Source of the DNA: Pristiophorus japonicus | Taxonomy: Eukaryota | DNA length: 64,000 nucleotides | Reading direction: 5' to 3' | Assembly: GCF_044704955.1 (NCBI RefSeq) | Contig: NC_091999.1 | Coordinates: 47,864,001-47,928,000, forward strand | In this document: positions 38,601-50,422 of the stretch, piece by piece | Position numbering within the stretch: position 1 is the first letter of the stretch | Layout: each line of letters starts with the position of its first letter | Position numbers and translations under genes: made by a program | The notes under the pieces: model-generated | What the model was told of the DNA's origin: nothing | The model's database searches: none | What the model saw: the letters and a program-made list of their open reading frames with translations, nothing else

Positions 38601-41600
38601 TTTTCCAGCGAGTAGAAGAAAGGCGGAGTCACGGTCCAGATCCCGCAGGAACCGGATCCGCGACCTCACGAACGCGCCTCGGGACCCGACGAGCTGCAGA
38701 TCCTTCAGCGCGGCCGTCTTCGCTTCGTACACCATCCGCAGGGCCGGGTCCTGGAAGACTTGACCGAGACGGGCTCCAGTTCGAGCACCTCTTTTTCCAG
38801 GCGCCCGACCCTGGCCGCCCGCCTCTTGGTCGAGCCGCTCGCGTATTCTTGACAGAAGACGCGGACGTGAGCCTTGCCCACGTCCCACCATAGCCTCAAG
38901 GAGGGGAAGCCACCCTGCTTCCTTCTCCTGTCGGCCCAGAAACGTCCTCCAGCAGCTGGTTGATAAAATACCACTATGCGGACCCCGTTCTCGTGCGGAG
39001 CGAAGCGAGCTCCGCCCAGACCAGGTGGTGGTCCGAACATGGCACCGGCCGCATGGAGGCCGCCAGGACGCAGGAAACGTCTGCCCGAGACACGTAAACG
39101 CGGTCGACTGTGGACCATCCTACTCCAGGCCTCACCCAAGTAAAGGCGCTGGAGTCGGGATGGAGATTTCGCCAGACGTCCACCAAGTCGAAGGACCCGA
39201 CCAGGTCCCTCAACTTCTCCATCACCGTCATGCTCTGCGGGGCACTGGAGCGGTCCATCGCCTCGAGGGTGCAGTTAAAATCCCCCCCCCCCGAGGATAA
39301 TGCAGTCGCCGACGTCGACGGAGCCAAGAAGAGCGAACACTTCTTCGAAGAAGCGCACTTGCTGCGGGCCGGGCTGACGGGCGTACACGTTCACGAGATG
39401 GAGTGGCACGTCCCCCAGGCGAACCTTTACGTGCAGCAAGCGGCCTGGAACGAGATCCTCGACCCCCAAGATCTCCGGCTGAAAATGCGGGGCCAACAAG
39501 ATGGCCACCCCACTAGAAGTGGTAGTGATGTGCCTCATGCGGACCTCTCCTTGCCATTCCAGGAGCCACGTGGCTTCATCTCCCGGAACGGTGTAGGTTT
39601 CTTGCAGGAAGCACACCGCATATTTCCCCTCCCGCATGAGCGAAAAATTGTCAAATCTACGGCGTGCCTCTCTGCCGCCGTTGATGTTGAGGCTGGCTAT
39701 GGTTATCTTCATGACTAGAGCATAGTGCAACCTCTACCTAACCTATTGTGGGAGGGGGAGTGGAGTCGTTTGTTGACCTCCACTCCTTCAGCAGCCCAGC
39801 GAGGAACTTTTGGAGCCGGCTCATCTCAAAGCCTTGAGCCTTTGATAAGGGCCCACCCGCGGCCATGGTTTTAGTGGCGGCGTGGACGGAAGCGATGAGC
39901 AACACCGGCTCAGACCATCTTTCCAGGGCCAGTCAGGTTTGGTCGCGGCGACCCCGGCACTGGACCAAAAAGTCCCAGAGTTCTTTTGCAGGAATGAGGA
40001 GGGTCTCAGCGGCGGCCGCGAGCAGAACCACCTCCTCACAGGCGATGCACTCGAGATCTTCACCCGCGGCCCCCACCGAGTCCCCGTCCCCCTCCGGGAG
40101 GTTGCCAATAGCAGCCGGCCCGTCGACCGCACTAGATACGGCAAACGGCCCGGCCGCTCCATCTGGCCCTGGCTCTGTTCCGATCCCACCCCCAGAATCG
40201 TCAGCAGAGGTGTCCCCACTGGGCTCTTCTAAAATTGGTGCTGGGTCGGGAAGCTTCAGCGGAAGGGGTTCCTCCTCCGCCCCAGGATCCGGGGAACATG
40301 GAGAGACCTGGTTTAGGAAATTCTCCAGGTCCATCAAGTCCCTCAGCTCCAAAGTAGGGGGCGAGCTTTGTTGTTCTTCCCCCTCCCCACCGCCAACCCC
40401 GGCCCAGCGTGTGGATGTATATTACAGTTGTCTGCAGTGTCAGTTTCTGCCGAGTCGAGCAAATCCCGGGGGAAGTTGGGTATTGGCTGAGCGGGCTCTG
40501 GTTTGGCCTTTTCGGCCCCGCCCGCCTCAGTCCCCGAGACGCTCGATCCAGCGGCTACACATTCTTCCGCTGGCCCCACGCCCCCCACGACAGGCAGATC
40601 TTTCACGCCATCCCCGGGAGGCAGCGGCTGGGCAGCCTCGAATGTCTCACCCTCCCCGGGGACAGACTCCTCTCGCCTACAGCGCAGCTTGGGGGCGCTG
40701 GTGGGGGACGCGGGACACGCGGCGGGCACCGACTTCTCCACGGAGGGATGTTGTTCCCCCTCCGCCTCATTGGAGCGGCGCCTCCTTTTGTTCCTGGGAG
40801 TGAGCGGAGGCAAGGAGACCCCCATGTCTGCCGAGGCCTCCTGCTCCACTCCCCCCTTTTCCTTATCATGCCCGCGCCCGAACACCTCTGCGGTATTGAT
40901 CGAGGGCTCGGGCACGGGCTCAGGGCACCCCGCGCTCGCCGGTGACGGGGTTGGGCTGAGCGTGATAAACAGATTGTCTGGCGCACCGAAGGGACCCGCC
41001 TCGAGATGTTTCGTCTTCTTCCGCGCCTTCCTTCCGGCCGGACGCTCTCCCTCCCCCCCGCCGGAGGCCCTGAAAACAAAGGCCCCCGACGATGCCCGCG
41101 CACCGACGGCTTCCGGCACGCGAATGCAACTAGGGGGAGGGGTGGTGGCGGCGCCAGCCTTGGCCGCCTTCGGTGGTTTGGCGGCTTTGGAGGCGGGGCA
41201 GTTCTTGCGAACGTGTCCCACCTCCCTACAGGCATGGCAACGCACGCCGTCCGACGTCCAGAAGACGCGGTAGGCAGTCCCCTCATGCCCCACATTAAAA
41301 TTGCCCTCTGTTGTCTCCTCCCGCGGCAGCCGGACAAAGAGCTGGCGGCGGAAGGAGATCACATGGCGCAGGCTGTTCTCCCTGAGGCCGAGCGGTATGG
41401 GGTTGATCCCCGACCTTACCTCCCCCAGTTGGTGTAGGTGAGGGAGGAGTAGCTCAGCGGGAACAAAGGGCGGGACGTTCGATAGAATGACCCTCTGCGC
41501 GGTGGCCTCGAGAGGGTCTACCGGCAGAAACGTCCTGCCCACCGTGAGCCCCTTTTCGACGGCCAGGGACACCGCCCGCTCCGACCCCAGGAAGAACACG

Positions 41601-42753
41601 GCCTTCCCAGACATCTTGGAGGCTGCGACAATGGTCGAGGTGCCGACTACCCCAGCCATCGCACGCACGCACTGCTCGATGCTCATTGTGGGGTGAGTGT
41701 AGCTCTTGACCCCGTGTTTTTTAGTTATCAGTCTGAATGGTGGCAGGCAGCAGGAGACGCAGGAGGTGCCGTGGAAGCGCTTGCCACCTGCGCATATGGC
41801 CTAGCTGGCCCTGCCACCGGCGTGGATGCGGTCGCCTTCACGGGGTCCCTTTAACGGCTACACCCACCCCAAAGTCACAGGCCTTAATGGTCTTAAATGG
41901 CCTCGTTTAAATATTTGAAGAGAGGGAGCTCTGAAAGAGGCACACCTCTCCCCTAGTTGGCAATTGGGGAGTGGCCTTGCTCCCTCTGCTCAGTTGTCTT
42001 AATTGTTTGTTTTTTTTTAATTAGGAGGAAAGGGCTCTCAGAGAGAGAGGGGAGAGACAGAGCGAGATAGATAGAGGAAGAGGGGGGATGGGAAAGAGGG
42101 AAGCTGCGAGCGCAGGTCTCCCCTCACAGCAGTGGGTGGGTGCACTCCCAGATGTCAAACAAAAGAGTCTTTGGGGTGGTCTTCGGGTGGGTGGAGAAGA
42201 TGTCTTCACCTGGGGCAGCTGGAGCCACACAGTTACACACTCCCAACCATGTTAATTAGGGTGATTGACTTTCTTCAGCCTGGTAGCTCCAGCTATCCCA
42301 GGCTAGGAAATGGGGGAGGGGTGCTTCAGTGGAGTGTGGGCCTAGCTGTAGGCAAGACCCCCACACACACTTCCACACACACACACACACCCTCCGCGAT
42401 GTTCCGGCCCTCGATAGGTCTTCTTTCCTCCCCCCACCGATACAACAAAGTCTATTGGGGAATGCACCAAAACACACCCACATCTGGTTGAAGAAGTCTT
42501 TCCCTCCTTCCACACAGTTGTTTTTTCCCCCTTTCTCCAAATCTTTGTAGAATTAATCAAGTTGTTGCAGTCTTCTGCTCTCCTCCTATCCCTCTGGAAG
42601 AATGGTAATATAGCCCCTTCCTTCCTCCTCCTATTCCTGGGCTGGTCTCAGGGCTCACTCAAGGCCTCCCAGACAGGAGCAAAGCAGGGAGTTCCTTCTC
42701 TCTCAGCAGCACAGCTCCAAGTGAATAGGCCACGCCTCCAAAGCGCCACCATT
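35638..42753 (-). mobile_element. Tx1-clade retrotransposon copy 2 (full length, multiple frameshifts)
   Basis: Same architecture; ORF1 pieces 39821-41686, ORF2 pieces 39712-35835. Confidence 0.93.
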
Positions 42754-42769
42754 GTTCCTTGTGCATAAA

Positions 42770-45700
42770 CTCCTTTAGGAGTAAACAAAAAACATTAAAC
42801 CGTGCCCCCGATCTGGGGGAAACGCCAACATTTACAATGTCCTTTTTTTTTTGGGCACAGAATTGAATTTTTATCCAAGTGCCCCCTACAAAAGGGGAGG
42901 GGGACACGAAAAGCACCGGCAATTAAACACCTAAAGTCAAATTAAAACTTGGTTGCCGGGCGTGATGATGCACTCCAGTCCCTCCGGTGCCCACCTCTCG
43001 TGGAAGGCCGCGAGCGTACCGGTGGACACCGCGTGCTCCATCTCCAAGGACAGCTTGGACTGGATGTAAGAGCGGAAGAGAGGCAGGCAGTCTGGCTGAA
43101 CGACCCCCACGACCGCCCGCTGCCTGGACCGGCTGATGGCTCCCTTGGCCGTGCCCAGGAGCCGTCCAACGAGGAGGCCCTCGGACCAACCCGCTCCCCT
43201 CCGCACAGGGTGCCCGAAGATCAGGAGTGTGGGACTGAAGTGCAGCCAGAATTTCAGGAGCAGCCCCTTTAAATAACAAAACAGGGACTGCAAACTCGTG
43301 CACTCAATAAAAACATGGAACACGGACTCTTTTAGACCGCAGAAATTGAAGGCGGCCTGGGAGTCCGTGAACCGGCTTAATAATTTATTGCACGGGACTG
43401 CTCCGTGCACCACCCTCCAGGCCAAGTCCCCGATAAATACTGGGAGGACGCCTGCGTAGAGTGCCCTCCATCGGTGACCCGCGCCTCTTCCGGACGGCAA
43501 GATGGTACGCCATGGCGTGTCCGGACGGCAGGCGAGGTTGGCAAAGTTGAGAGTGTGCAGGAGCAGCCCGTACAGGAAACCCCTCCGCGCGGAACTGAAA
43601 GGCACGGAGGGGATTTCCCCGAGGCGGCTCCAGTTGTGAGGCGCCGGCCCCCGAGGGAGGTTCCGGGGTTTGGCGCCAATGAGGAATTCTGTCCGGACGG
43701 GGGTCAGTTCGGACGGGATCTCCCCACGTGCTTGAGCCTCCTCGATGCACCAAACGGAGTCGGGGACCAGAGCTCTTTTTAGCGACTCGATGGCATCGGC
43801 CGCATTGCGGACGTTGGCAGAATTTAGGCGCCGTGCCAGCGTGTCTGGCGCCATCCAGCCCGCTCCTCCGCCATCGAGCAGGTCCCTGACTCTGGTCACC
43901 TCACCAGCCACAGCCCTCTCATCCGACCGCCACAAAAAACCTCGGCCGTGGAGTTACGGATTCCCGAGCAGCGGCTCCTGCAGGACGGCCGCCACTCCAG
44001 CCGGTGCAGAGCTGGGATTGCTGGAGACTTTGTTCCAGACCCTGATGAGTTCCTTGTAAAAGACAGGCAGCTCCCGGAGGGCGGTCCTGACGCCCCCACA
44101 CTCACAAACAGGAGCTGCGTGTTGTTGTTGAGGCCGTGCTGCTGGCGAAATAAATACATTGCCAGAGCAGGCCACCTAGGAGGAGGCTCGACGTAAAGAT
44201 ATCTCTGCAGGGTCTGAAGATGGAAAGTCGCGAGCTGGGCGCTGACGCACAACAACGACTGACCACCCTACCCAAGCGGGAGACTCAAGACCGCGGCAGA
44301 GACCCAGTGCTTCCTGTTGTTCCAGAAGAAGTCCACCAGCTTCTTCTGTATCTTGGCGACAAACGCAGGGGGAGGGCTCAAAGTGACCAGCCGGTACCAC
44401 AACATGGCTGCCACCAGCTGGTTTATGACTAGCGCTCGACCCCTGTAGGACAGCACTCGGAGCAGTCCTGTCCAGCGGCCTAGGCGAGCGGCGACCTTGG
44501 CCTCCAGCTCCTGCCAGTTCGCCACCCACACTTCCTCGTCGGGGCTAAGGTAGACTTCCAGATAGAGGAGATGGGTCGTGCTCCAGGCAAAAAGCCTGAG
44601 CTCCTCCGGCAGGGAGTCCACCCGCCACTGACCCACCAGGAGTCCGGAACATTTCTCCCAATTGATTCTGGCGGAGGACGCGGTCGAATAAATCTCCTGG
44701 CACTCACACATCCTCCGCAGGTCAGCGGGATCCTCTACCGCGAGGAGCACGTCATCGGCGTAAGCCGAGAGGACGACTTCCACGCCCGGCCCTTGCAGAG
44801 CCAGTCCCGTCAACCTCGTCCGCAAGAGGCGCAGGAAAGGCTCCACCGCATATTTCCCCTCCCGCAGGAGCGAAAAATTGTCAAATCTACGGCGTGCCCC
44901 TCTGCCGCCGTTGATGTTGAGGCTGGCTATGGTTATCTTCATGACTAGAGCATAGTGCAACCTCTACCTAACCTATTGTGGGGGGGGAGTGGAGTCGTTT
45001 GTTGACCTCCACTCCTTCAGCAGCCCAGCGAGGAACTTTTTGTAGCCGGCGCAGCTCAAGGCATTGCGCCTTTGATAAGGGCCCGCCCGCGGCCATGCTT
45101 TTAGCTGCGGTGCGGACGGAAGCGACGAGCAACACTGGCTCAGACCATCTTTCCCGGGCCAGACGTGCTTGGTCGCGGCGACCCCGGCACTGGACCAAAA
45201 AGTCCCGGAGTTCCTTTACAGGAATGAGGAGGGTCTCAGCGGCGGCCGCGAGCAGATCCACCGCCTCACTGGCGATGGTCTCTAGATCTTCTCCTGCGTC
45301 CCCCACCGAGTCTCCGTCCCCCTCCGGGAGGTCGCCGCCAGCAGCCGGCCCATCGACCGCACGAGATACGGCAAACGGCCCGGCCGCTCCATCTGGCCCT
45401 GGCTCTGCCCAGATCCCACCCCCACGATCGTCGGCAGAGGAGTCCCCACTGAGCATTTTTAAAAGTGGTGCTGGGTCGGGAAGCGACAGCGGAAGGGGTT
45501 CCTCCTCCGCCCCAGGAGCCGGGGAACACGGAGAGACCTGGTTGAGGAAATTCTCCAGGTCCACCAAGTATCCCAGCTCCAAAGTAGGGGGTGAGGGTTG
45601 TTGTTCTTCCCCCTCCCCGCCGCCTCCCACCGGCCCAGCGTGTGGATGTATATTACAGTTGTCTGCAGTGTCAGCTTCTGCCGAGTCGAGCAAATCCCGG

Positions 45701-47956
45701 GGGAAGTTGGGTATTGGCTGGGCGGCCTCAGGTTCGGCCTTTTCGGCCTCGCCCGCCTCAGTCCCCGGGACGCTCGACCCGGCGGCTACCGATTCTTCCG
45801 CTGGCCCCACGCCCCCCACGACAGGCAGATCTTCCACATCATCCCCGGGAGGCAGCGGCTGGGCAGCCTCGACTGCCTCACCCTCCCCGGGGACAGATTC
45901 CTCACGCCTACAGCGCAGTTCGGGGGCGATGGTGGGGGACGCGGGACACGCGACGGGCACCGACTCCTCCGCGGAGGGATGTTGTTCTCCCTCCACCTCA
46001 TTGGAGCGGCGCCTCCTTTTTTTCCTGGGGGTGCGCGGAGGCAGGGAGACCCCCATGTCTGCCGAGGCCTCCCGCTCCACTCCCCCCTTTTTCTTGTCTT
46101 GCCCACGCCCGAACCCCTCGGTGATACTAGTCAAGGGCTCGGGCACGGGCTCAGGGCACCCCGCGCTCGCCGGTGACGGGGTTTGGCCGAGCGCGGTAAA
46201 CAAGTTGTTTGGCGCACCGAGGGGATGTTTCGCCTTCTTCCGCGCCTTCTTTCCGGCCGTGAAAACAAAGGCCCCCGATGATGCCCGCGCACCTATGGCT
46301 CCCGGCAAGTGGACGCTACTAGGGGGAGGGGTGGCGGCGGCGCCAGCCTTGGACGCCCTCGGTGGTTTGGCAGCCTTGTTGGCGGGGCAGTTCTTGCGAA
46401 CATGCCCCACCTCCCTACAGGCATGGCACCGCACGCCGTTCGACGTCCAGAAGACGCGGTAGGCAGTCCCCTCGTGCACCACATTAAAATAGCCCTCCGT
46501 CTTCTCCTCCCGCGCCAGCCGGACAAAGAGCTGGCGGCGGAAGGAGAACACATGGCAGAGGCTGGTCTCCCTGAGGCCGAGCGGTATGAGGTTGATCCCC
46601 GACCTTACCTCCCCCAGTTGGTGTAGGTGAGGGAGGAGGAGCTCAGCGGGAACAAAGGGCGGGACGTTTGAAATGATGACCCTCTGCGTGGTGACCTCGA
46701 GAGGGTCCACTGGCAGGAAAGTCCCGCCCACCGTGAGCCCCTTTTCAAGGGCCAGGGACACCGGTCGCTCCGACCCCAGGAAGAACACGGCCTTCCCAGA
46801 CATCTTGGAGGCTGCGACAATGGCCCAGGGGCCGACTACCCCAGCCATCGCCCGCGCGCACTCCTCAATGCTCATTGTGGGGTGAGTGTAGCCCTTGACC
46901 CCGTGTTTTTTAGTTATCAGTCTTAATGGTGGCAGGGCAACAGGAGGCGCAGGAGGCGCCGTGGATGTGGACGCCGCCTGCGCATAATTCCTAGCTGGCC
47001 CTGCCACCAGCGTGGATGGGGTCGCCATCACGGGGTCCCTTTAAGGGCGACATCCACCCCAAAGTCACAGGCCTTAATGGTCTTAACTGGCCTCGTTTAA
47101 GTTTTTAACAGCGGGAGCTCTGAAAGAGGCACTCCTCTCCCCTAGTTTGCAATTGGGGAGGGGCCTTGCTCCCTCTGCTCAGTTGTCTTAATTGTTCTTG
47201 TCTTTTTTTCCCAATTGGGAGGAAAGGCTCTCAGAGAGAGAGGGGGGAGACAGAGAGAGAGACAGAGTGATGGGGTGTGGGAAAGAGGGAGGCTGCAAGG
47301 GCAGGTCTCCCTTCACAGTAATGGGTGGGTGCACTCCACAGATGGCAAACAAAACAGTCTTTGGGGTGATCTTCGGCTGGGGGGAGAAGATGTCTTCACC
47401 TGGGGCAGCTGGAGCCACACAGGTATACACTCCCAACGATGTTAATTAGGGTGATTCAGTTTCTTCAGCCTGGTAGCTCCAGCTATCCCAGGCTAGGCAA
47501 TTGGGTGAGGGGTGTTCAGTGGTGTGTGGGCCTAGCTGTAGGCAAGACCCCCACACACACTTCCACACACACACCCCCCCCCCCCCCCGCGGTGTTCTGG
47601 CCCTCGATTGGTCTTCTTTCCTCCCCCCACCGATACAACAAAGTATTTTTGGTGAATGCACCAAAACACACCCACCTTTGGCTGAAGAAGTCTTTCCCTC
47701 CTTCCACACTGGTAAGTTGTTGTTCTTTTTTCCACCTCTTTCCAACTCTTTGTTGAAATAATGAAGGTGTTGCAGTCTTCTGCTCTCCTCCTCTCCCTCG
47801 AGATGAATGGTAATGAAGCCCCTTCCTACCTCCTGTTCCTGGGCTGGTCTCAGGGCTCACTCCAGGCCTTCCAGACAGAAGCTAAAGCAGGGAGTTCCTT
47901 CTCTCACAGCAGCCAGGCTCCAAGTGCATAGGCCACGCCTCCAAAGCTCCATCATT
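42770..47956 (-). mobile_element. Tx1-clade retrotransposon copy 3 (intact ORF1, ~1.9 kb internal ORF2 deletion)
   Basis: ORF1 open; ORF2 reads GKYAV|EPFLRLL, joining the EN start to mid-RT at 44844-44846. Confidence 0.93.
44968..47028 (-). CDS. Tx1 ORF1 protein (nucleic-acid binding, CCHC knuckle), open frame
   Basis: Uninterrupted ~686 aa; homologous to the frameshifted ORF1s of copies 1 and 2. Confidence 0.8.
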   Translation of the reverse strand: MATPSTLVAGPARNYAQAASTSTAPPAPPVALPPLRLITKKHGVKGYTHPTMSIEECARAMAGVVGPWAIVAASKMSGKAVFFLGSERPVSLALEKGLTVGGTFLPVDPLEVTTQRVIISNVPPFVPAELLLPHLHQLGEVRSGINLIPLGLRETSLCHVFSFRRQLFVRLAREEKTEGYFNVVHEGTAYRVFWTSNGVRCHACREVGHVRKNCPANKAAKPPRASKAGAAATPPPSSVHLPGAIGARASSGAFVFTAGKKARKKAKHPLGAPNNLFTALGQTPSPASAGCPEPVPEPLTSITEGFGRGQDKKKGGVEREASADMGVSLPPRTPRKKRRRRSNEVEGEQHPSAEESVPVACPASPTIAPELRCRREESVPGEGEAVEAAQPLPPGDDVEDLPVVGGVGPAEESVAAGSSVPGTEAGEAEKAEPEAAQPIPNFPRDLLDSAEADTADNCNIHPHAGPVGGGGEGEEQQPSPPTLELGYLVDLENFLNQVSPCSPAPGAEEEPLPLSLPDPAPLLKMLSGDSSADDRGGGIWAEPGPDGAAGPFAVSRAVDGPAAGGDLPEGDGDSVGDAGEDLETIASEAVDLLAAAAETLLIPVKELRDFLVQCRGRRDQARLARERWSEPVLLVASVRTAAKSMAAGGPLSKAQCLELRRLQKVPRWAAEGVEVNKRLHSPPTIG

Positions 47957-47973
47957 GGTCCTTGTGCATGAAA

Positions 47974-48167
47974 CTCTTTTTGGGAGTAAACAAAAAACAT
48001 TAAACCGTACCCCCCCCCCCCCGGGTCTGGGGGAAATACCAAACATTTACAGGCCCTTTTATTTTTGGTGGTATTTTTTGGGGGTTTTTTTTGGGCACAA
48101 AAACATATTTTTTCTCCAAGTGCCCCCTATAAAAGGGGAGGGGGACACTAAAAGCACCGGCAATTAA
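47974..48167 (-). mobile_element. Tx1 copy 4: 3' UTR stub only
   Basis: Same 3' UTR as copies 1-3 (…GTGCCCCCTATAAAAGGGG.GGGGGACAC…GCACCGGCAATTAA), joined directly to CR1. Confidence 0.88.
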
Positions 48168-48861
48168 TGTTAGTTTGCAGGTGCAGCAGGTAATCAGGAA
48201 GGCGAATGGAATGTTGACATTCATTGCCAGAGAGATGGAGTACAAAAGCAGGGAGGTCCTTCTGCAACTGTATAGGGTATTGGTGAGGCCGCACCTGGAG
48301 TACTGTGTGCTGTTTTGGTCACCTTACTTAAGGAAGGATATACTAGCTTTGGAGGGGGTACAGAGACGATTCACGAGGCTGATTCAGGAGATGATAGGGT
48401 TACCTTATGATGATAGATTGAGTAGACTGGGTCTTTACTCGTTGGAGTTCAGAAGGATGAGGGTTGATCGATAGAAACATTTAAAACAATGAAAGGCATA
48501 GACAAGATAGAGCAGAGAGGTTGTTTCCACTGCTCGGGGAGACTATAACTAGAGGGCACAGCCTCAAAATACAGGGGAGCCAATTTAAAACTCAGTTGAG
48601 AAGGAATTTCTTCTCCCACAGAGTTGTGAATCGGTGGAATTATCTGCAAAGGGGAGGAATTGAGGATAGCTCATTGAATGTATTCAATTCACAGAAAGAT
48701 AGATTTTTAACCAATAAGGGAATTAAGAGTTATGGGGAGCGGGCGGGTAAGTGGAGCTGAATCCACGGCCAGATCAGCCATGATCTTGTTGAATGGCGGA
48801 GCAGGCTCCAGATGCAAGATGGCCTACTCCTGTTCCTAATTCTTATGTTCTTATGTTCTTA
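48168..48861 (+). mobile_element. CR1 LINE, 3' segment (continuation of 27251-28475)
   Basis: Resumes VSLQVQQVIRKANGML, the sequence that follows DLGVLVHE in CR1 RT; (TTCTTATG)3 tail. Confidence 0.93.
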
Positions 48862-49222
48862 TGAAGGTGTCCATCAGAACAAGGAAAATGCTTTACCACT
48901 GGATTTATTGACGGTTCTGTTGGTGATTATCAAGGAGATCGCTTCATGTCCCACCACACAGGTGTGAGAGGCGTCGCTGGCCCATACCTCGGCTGCAATG
49001 GATAGCAGGCTGTACATGAAGAAGGAGCTGCTACCGTTCTCCGCCATCACCTCGGTGTTCTTGCAGTTGCGGGAATCCACCGGCTTGTCATTGACGGTCC
49101 ATTTGACGAAGATCTCTCGGGGGGAGAACCTCTCACTAAGCAGGTGAGGCTGACCAACCTCTGAGCAGAGACTTCTGCTGAGGGCAGGAGGACAGACACG
49201 GCTGGTTCCCGCGGATCTTTCG
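48862..49222 (-). pseudogene. IGHM: IgM CH4 exon (48897-49222) plus proximal secretory tail
   Basis: [53 protein letters not shown]; AG acceptor; frameshift; tail partly deleted. Confidence 0.93.
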
Positions 49223-50114
49223 CTGTAGAACAGTAACAACAAAGGCCAATGAACTGGATAGTTCCAGAGACAATGGGGGAATTTCAACCCAATACAGCGG
49301 GCGGGTTTTGGGCGTGGAGGTTGTTAAATTGGTAAAAATTAGAATCCCTACCTCAACTCGCCTACTTCCAGTTGTAATATTATATTTGAGTAATATATTT
49401 AAATGAGACTTGAATCCTCTATTTTAACCACCATTTGGTGTTTAACAGTCGTTGGTCCGGTTTGAAACACTGTGTAAATCTCAGCAGTTACAGCAAGGTG
49501 GGGATTGCTGCTCCCAGGTGGTAATTGCCCTTACACCTACCTCCTGGATCCAGGATCCGCGACCTCCTCACTCGGCTTCCAATCCTCCCGTTTTCACTGG
49601 TGGCCTGTGAGACCAACGCCCACAACTCGCCTTCCTCATTTAAATTCAGCCAATTTCCGGTGGTTAGATGTGAGAGAAATGGACACCGCGTTGAATTTTG
49701 ACGCTTTTCCTTTTCCCCTCTGTTGCCTCTCTGGTTTTCCATCCCTTATCCGAGGGAACGTAATCTTTCTCTCTGAAATATTGAAGCATTGGACTGGAAA
49801 ATGACAAAGAATTTAATGCACAGAACGAGGAGATTTGGCCAACTGGTCGATGCCGGTGTTTATGATCCAAACAAGCCTCCTCCGAGACCACTTCATCTAA
49901 ACCTAATAATATACCGTTCTATTTCTTTCTCGCTCATGGACTTATCCAGTTTCCCCTAAAATACATAATGTCATGTCCCAGAGTGCTGAGTTGGTGGAAT
50001 TACCAACCTGAATTATCAGAGTAGCCATTAAACACTTTATATAATCAATTGGCCCTTGCACACGCATCGAAATTGTCGCAGTGTCGTACTTATTGCAACA
50101 ATCTCCCCGCTCAC

Positions 50115-50422
50115 CCTTTCCCTTGTGGATGGAATCTCTGAGAGCAGTCGGCATATCCTGATGGCTCACCACGCAGTAGAACTTATTCCCACTCAGCCAG
50201 TCTTGTGTCGAGATGTTTTAGTTGCTGATCACACTGTTGGGATCCTCTCCGGGTTGGACGGCAATCTCTGATTTCAAAGACTCGTTTTTTCGTGTCCAGG
50301 TCACGGTGAGCCCATAAGGAGCGTTAGACACGACGCACGTTAAGGTCACCGTCGCCTCCAGTAAAACCTGTTCCAGTGACGGTGGGCGAAGAGTGATTTT
50401 TAATCGCTGCATGGGACATCCA
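50115..50422 (-). pseudogene. IGHM: IgM CH3 exon
   Basis: [45 protein letters not shown]; AG/GT flanks; TAA at 50218-50220 and an early frameshift. Confidence 0.93.

Noticed and set aside
44835-44860. Tx1 deletion as a spliced intron
   Set aside because: The deleted segment does not end in AG; microhomology explains it better.
31475-46626. Many long + strand ORFs (e.g. 44978-46462, 39865-40803)
   Set aside because: Antisense shadows of GC-rich Tx1 ORFs; lengths not conserved among copies.
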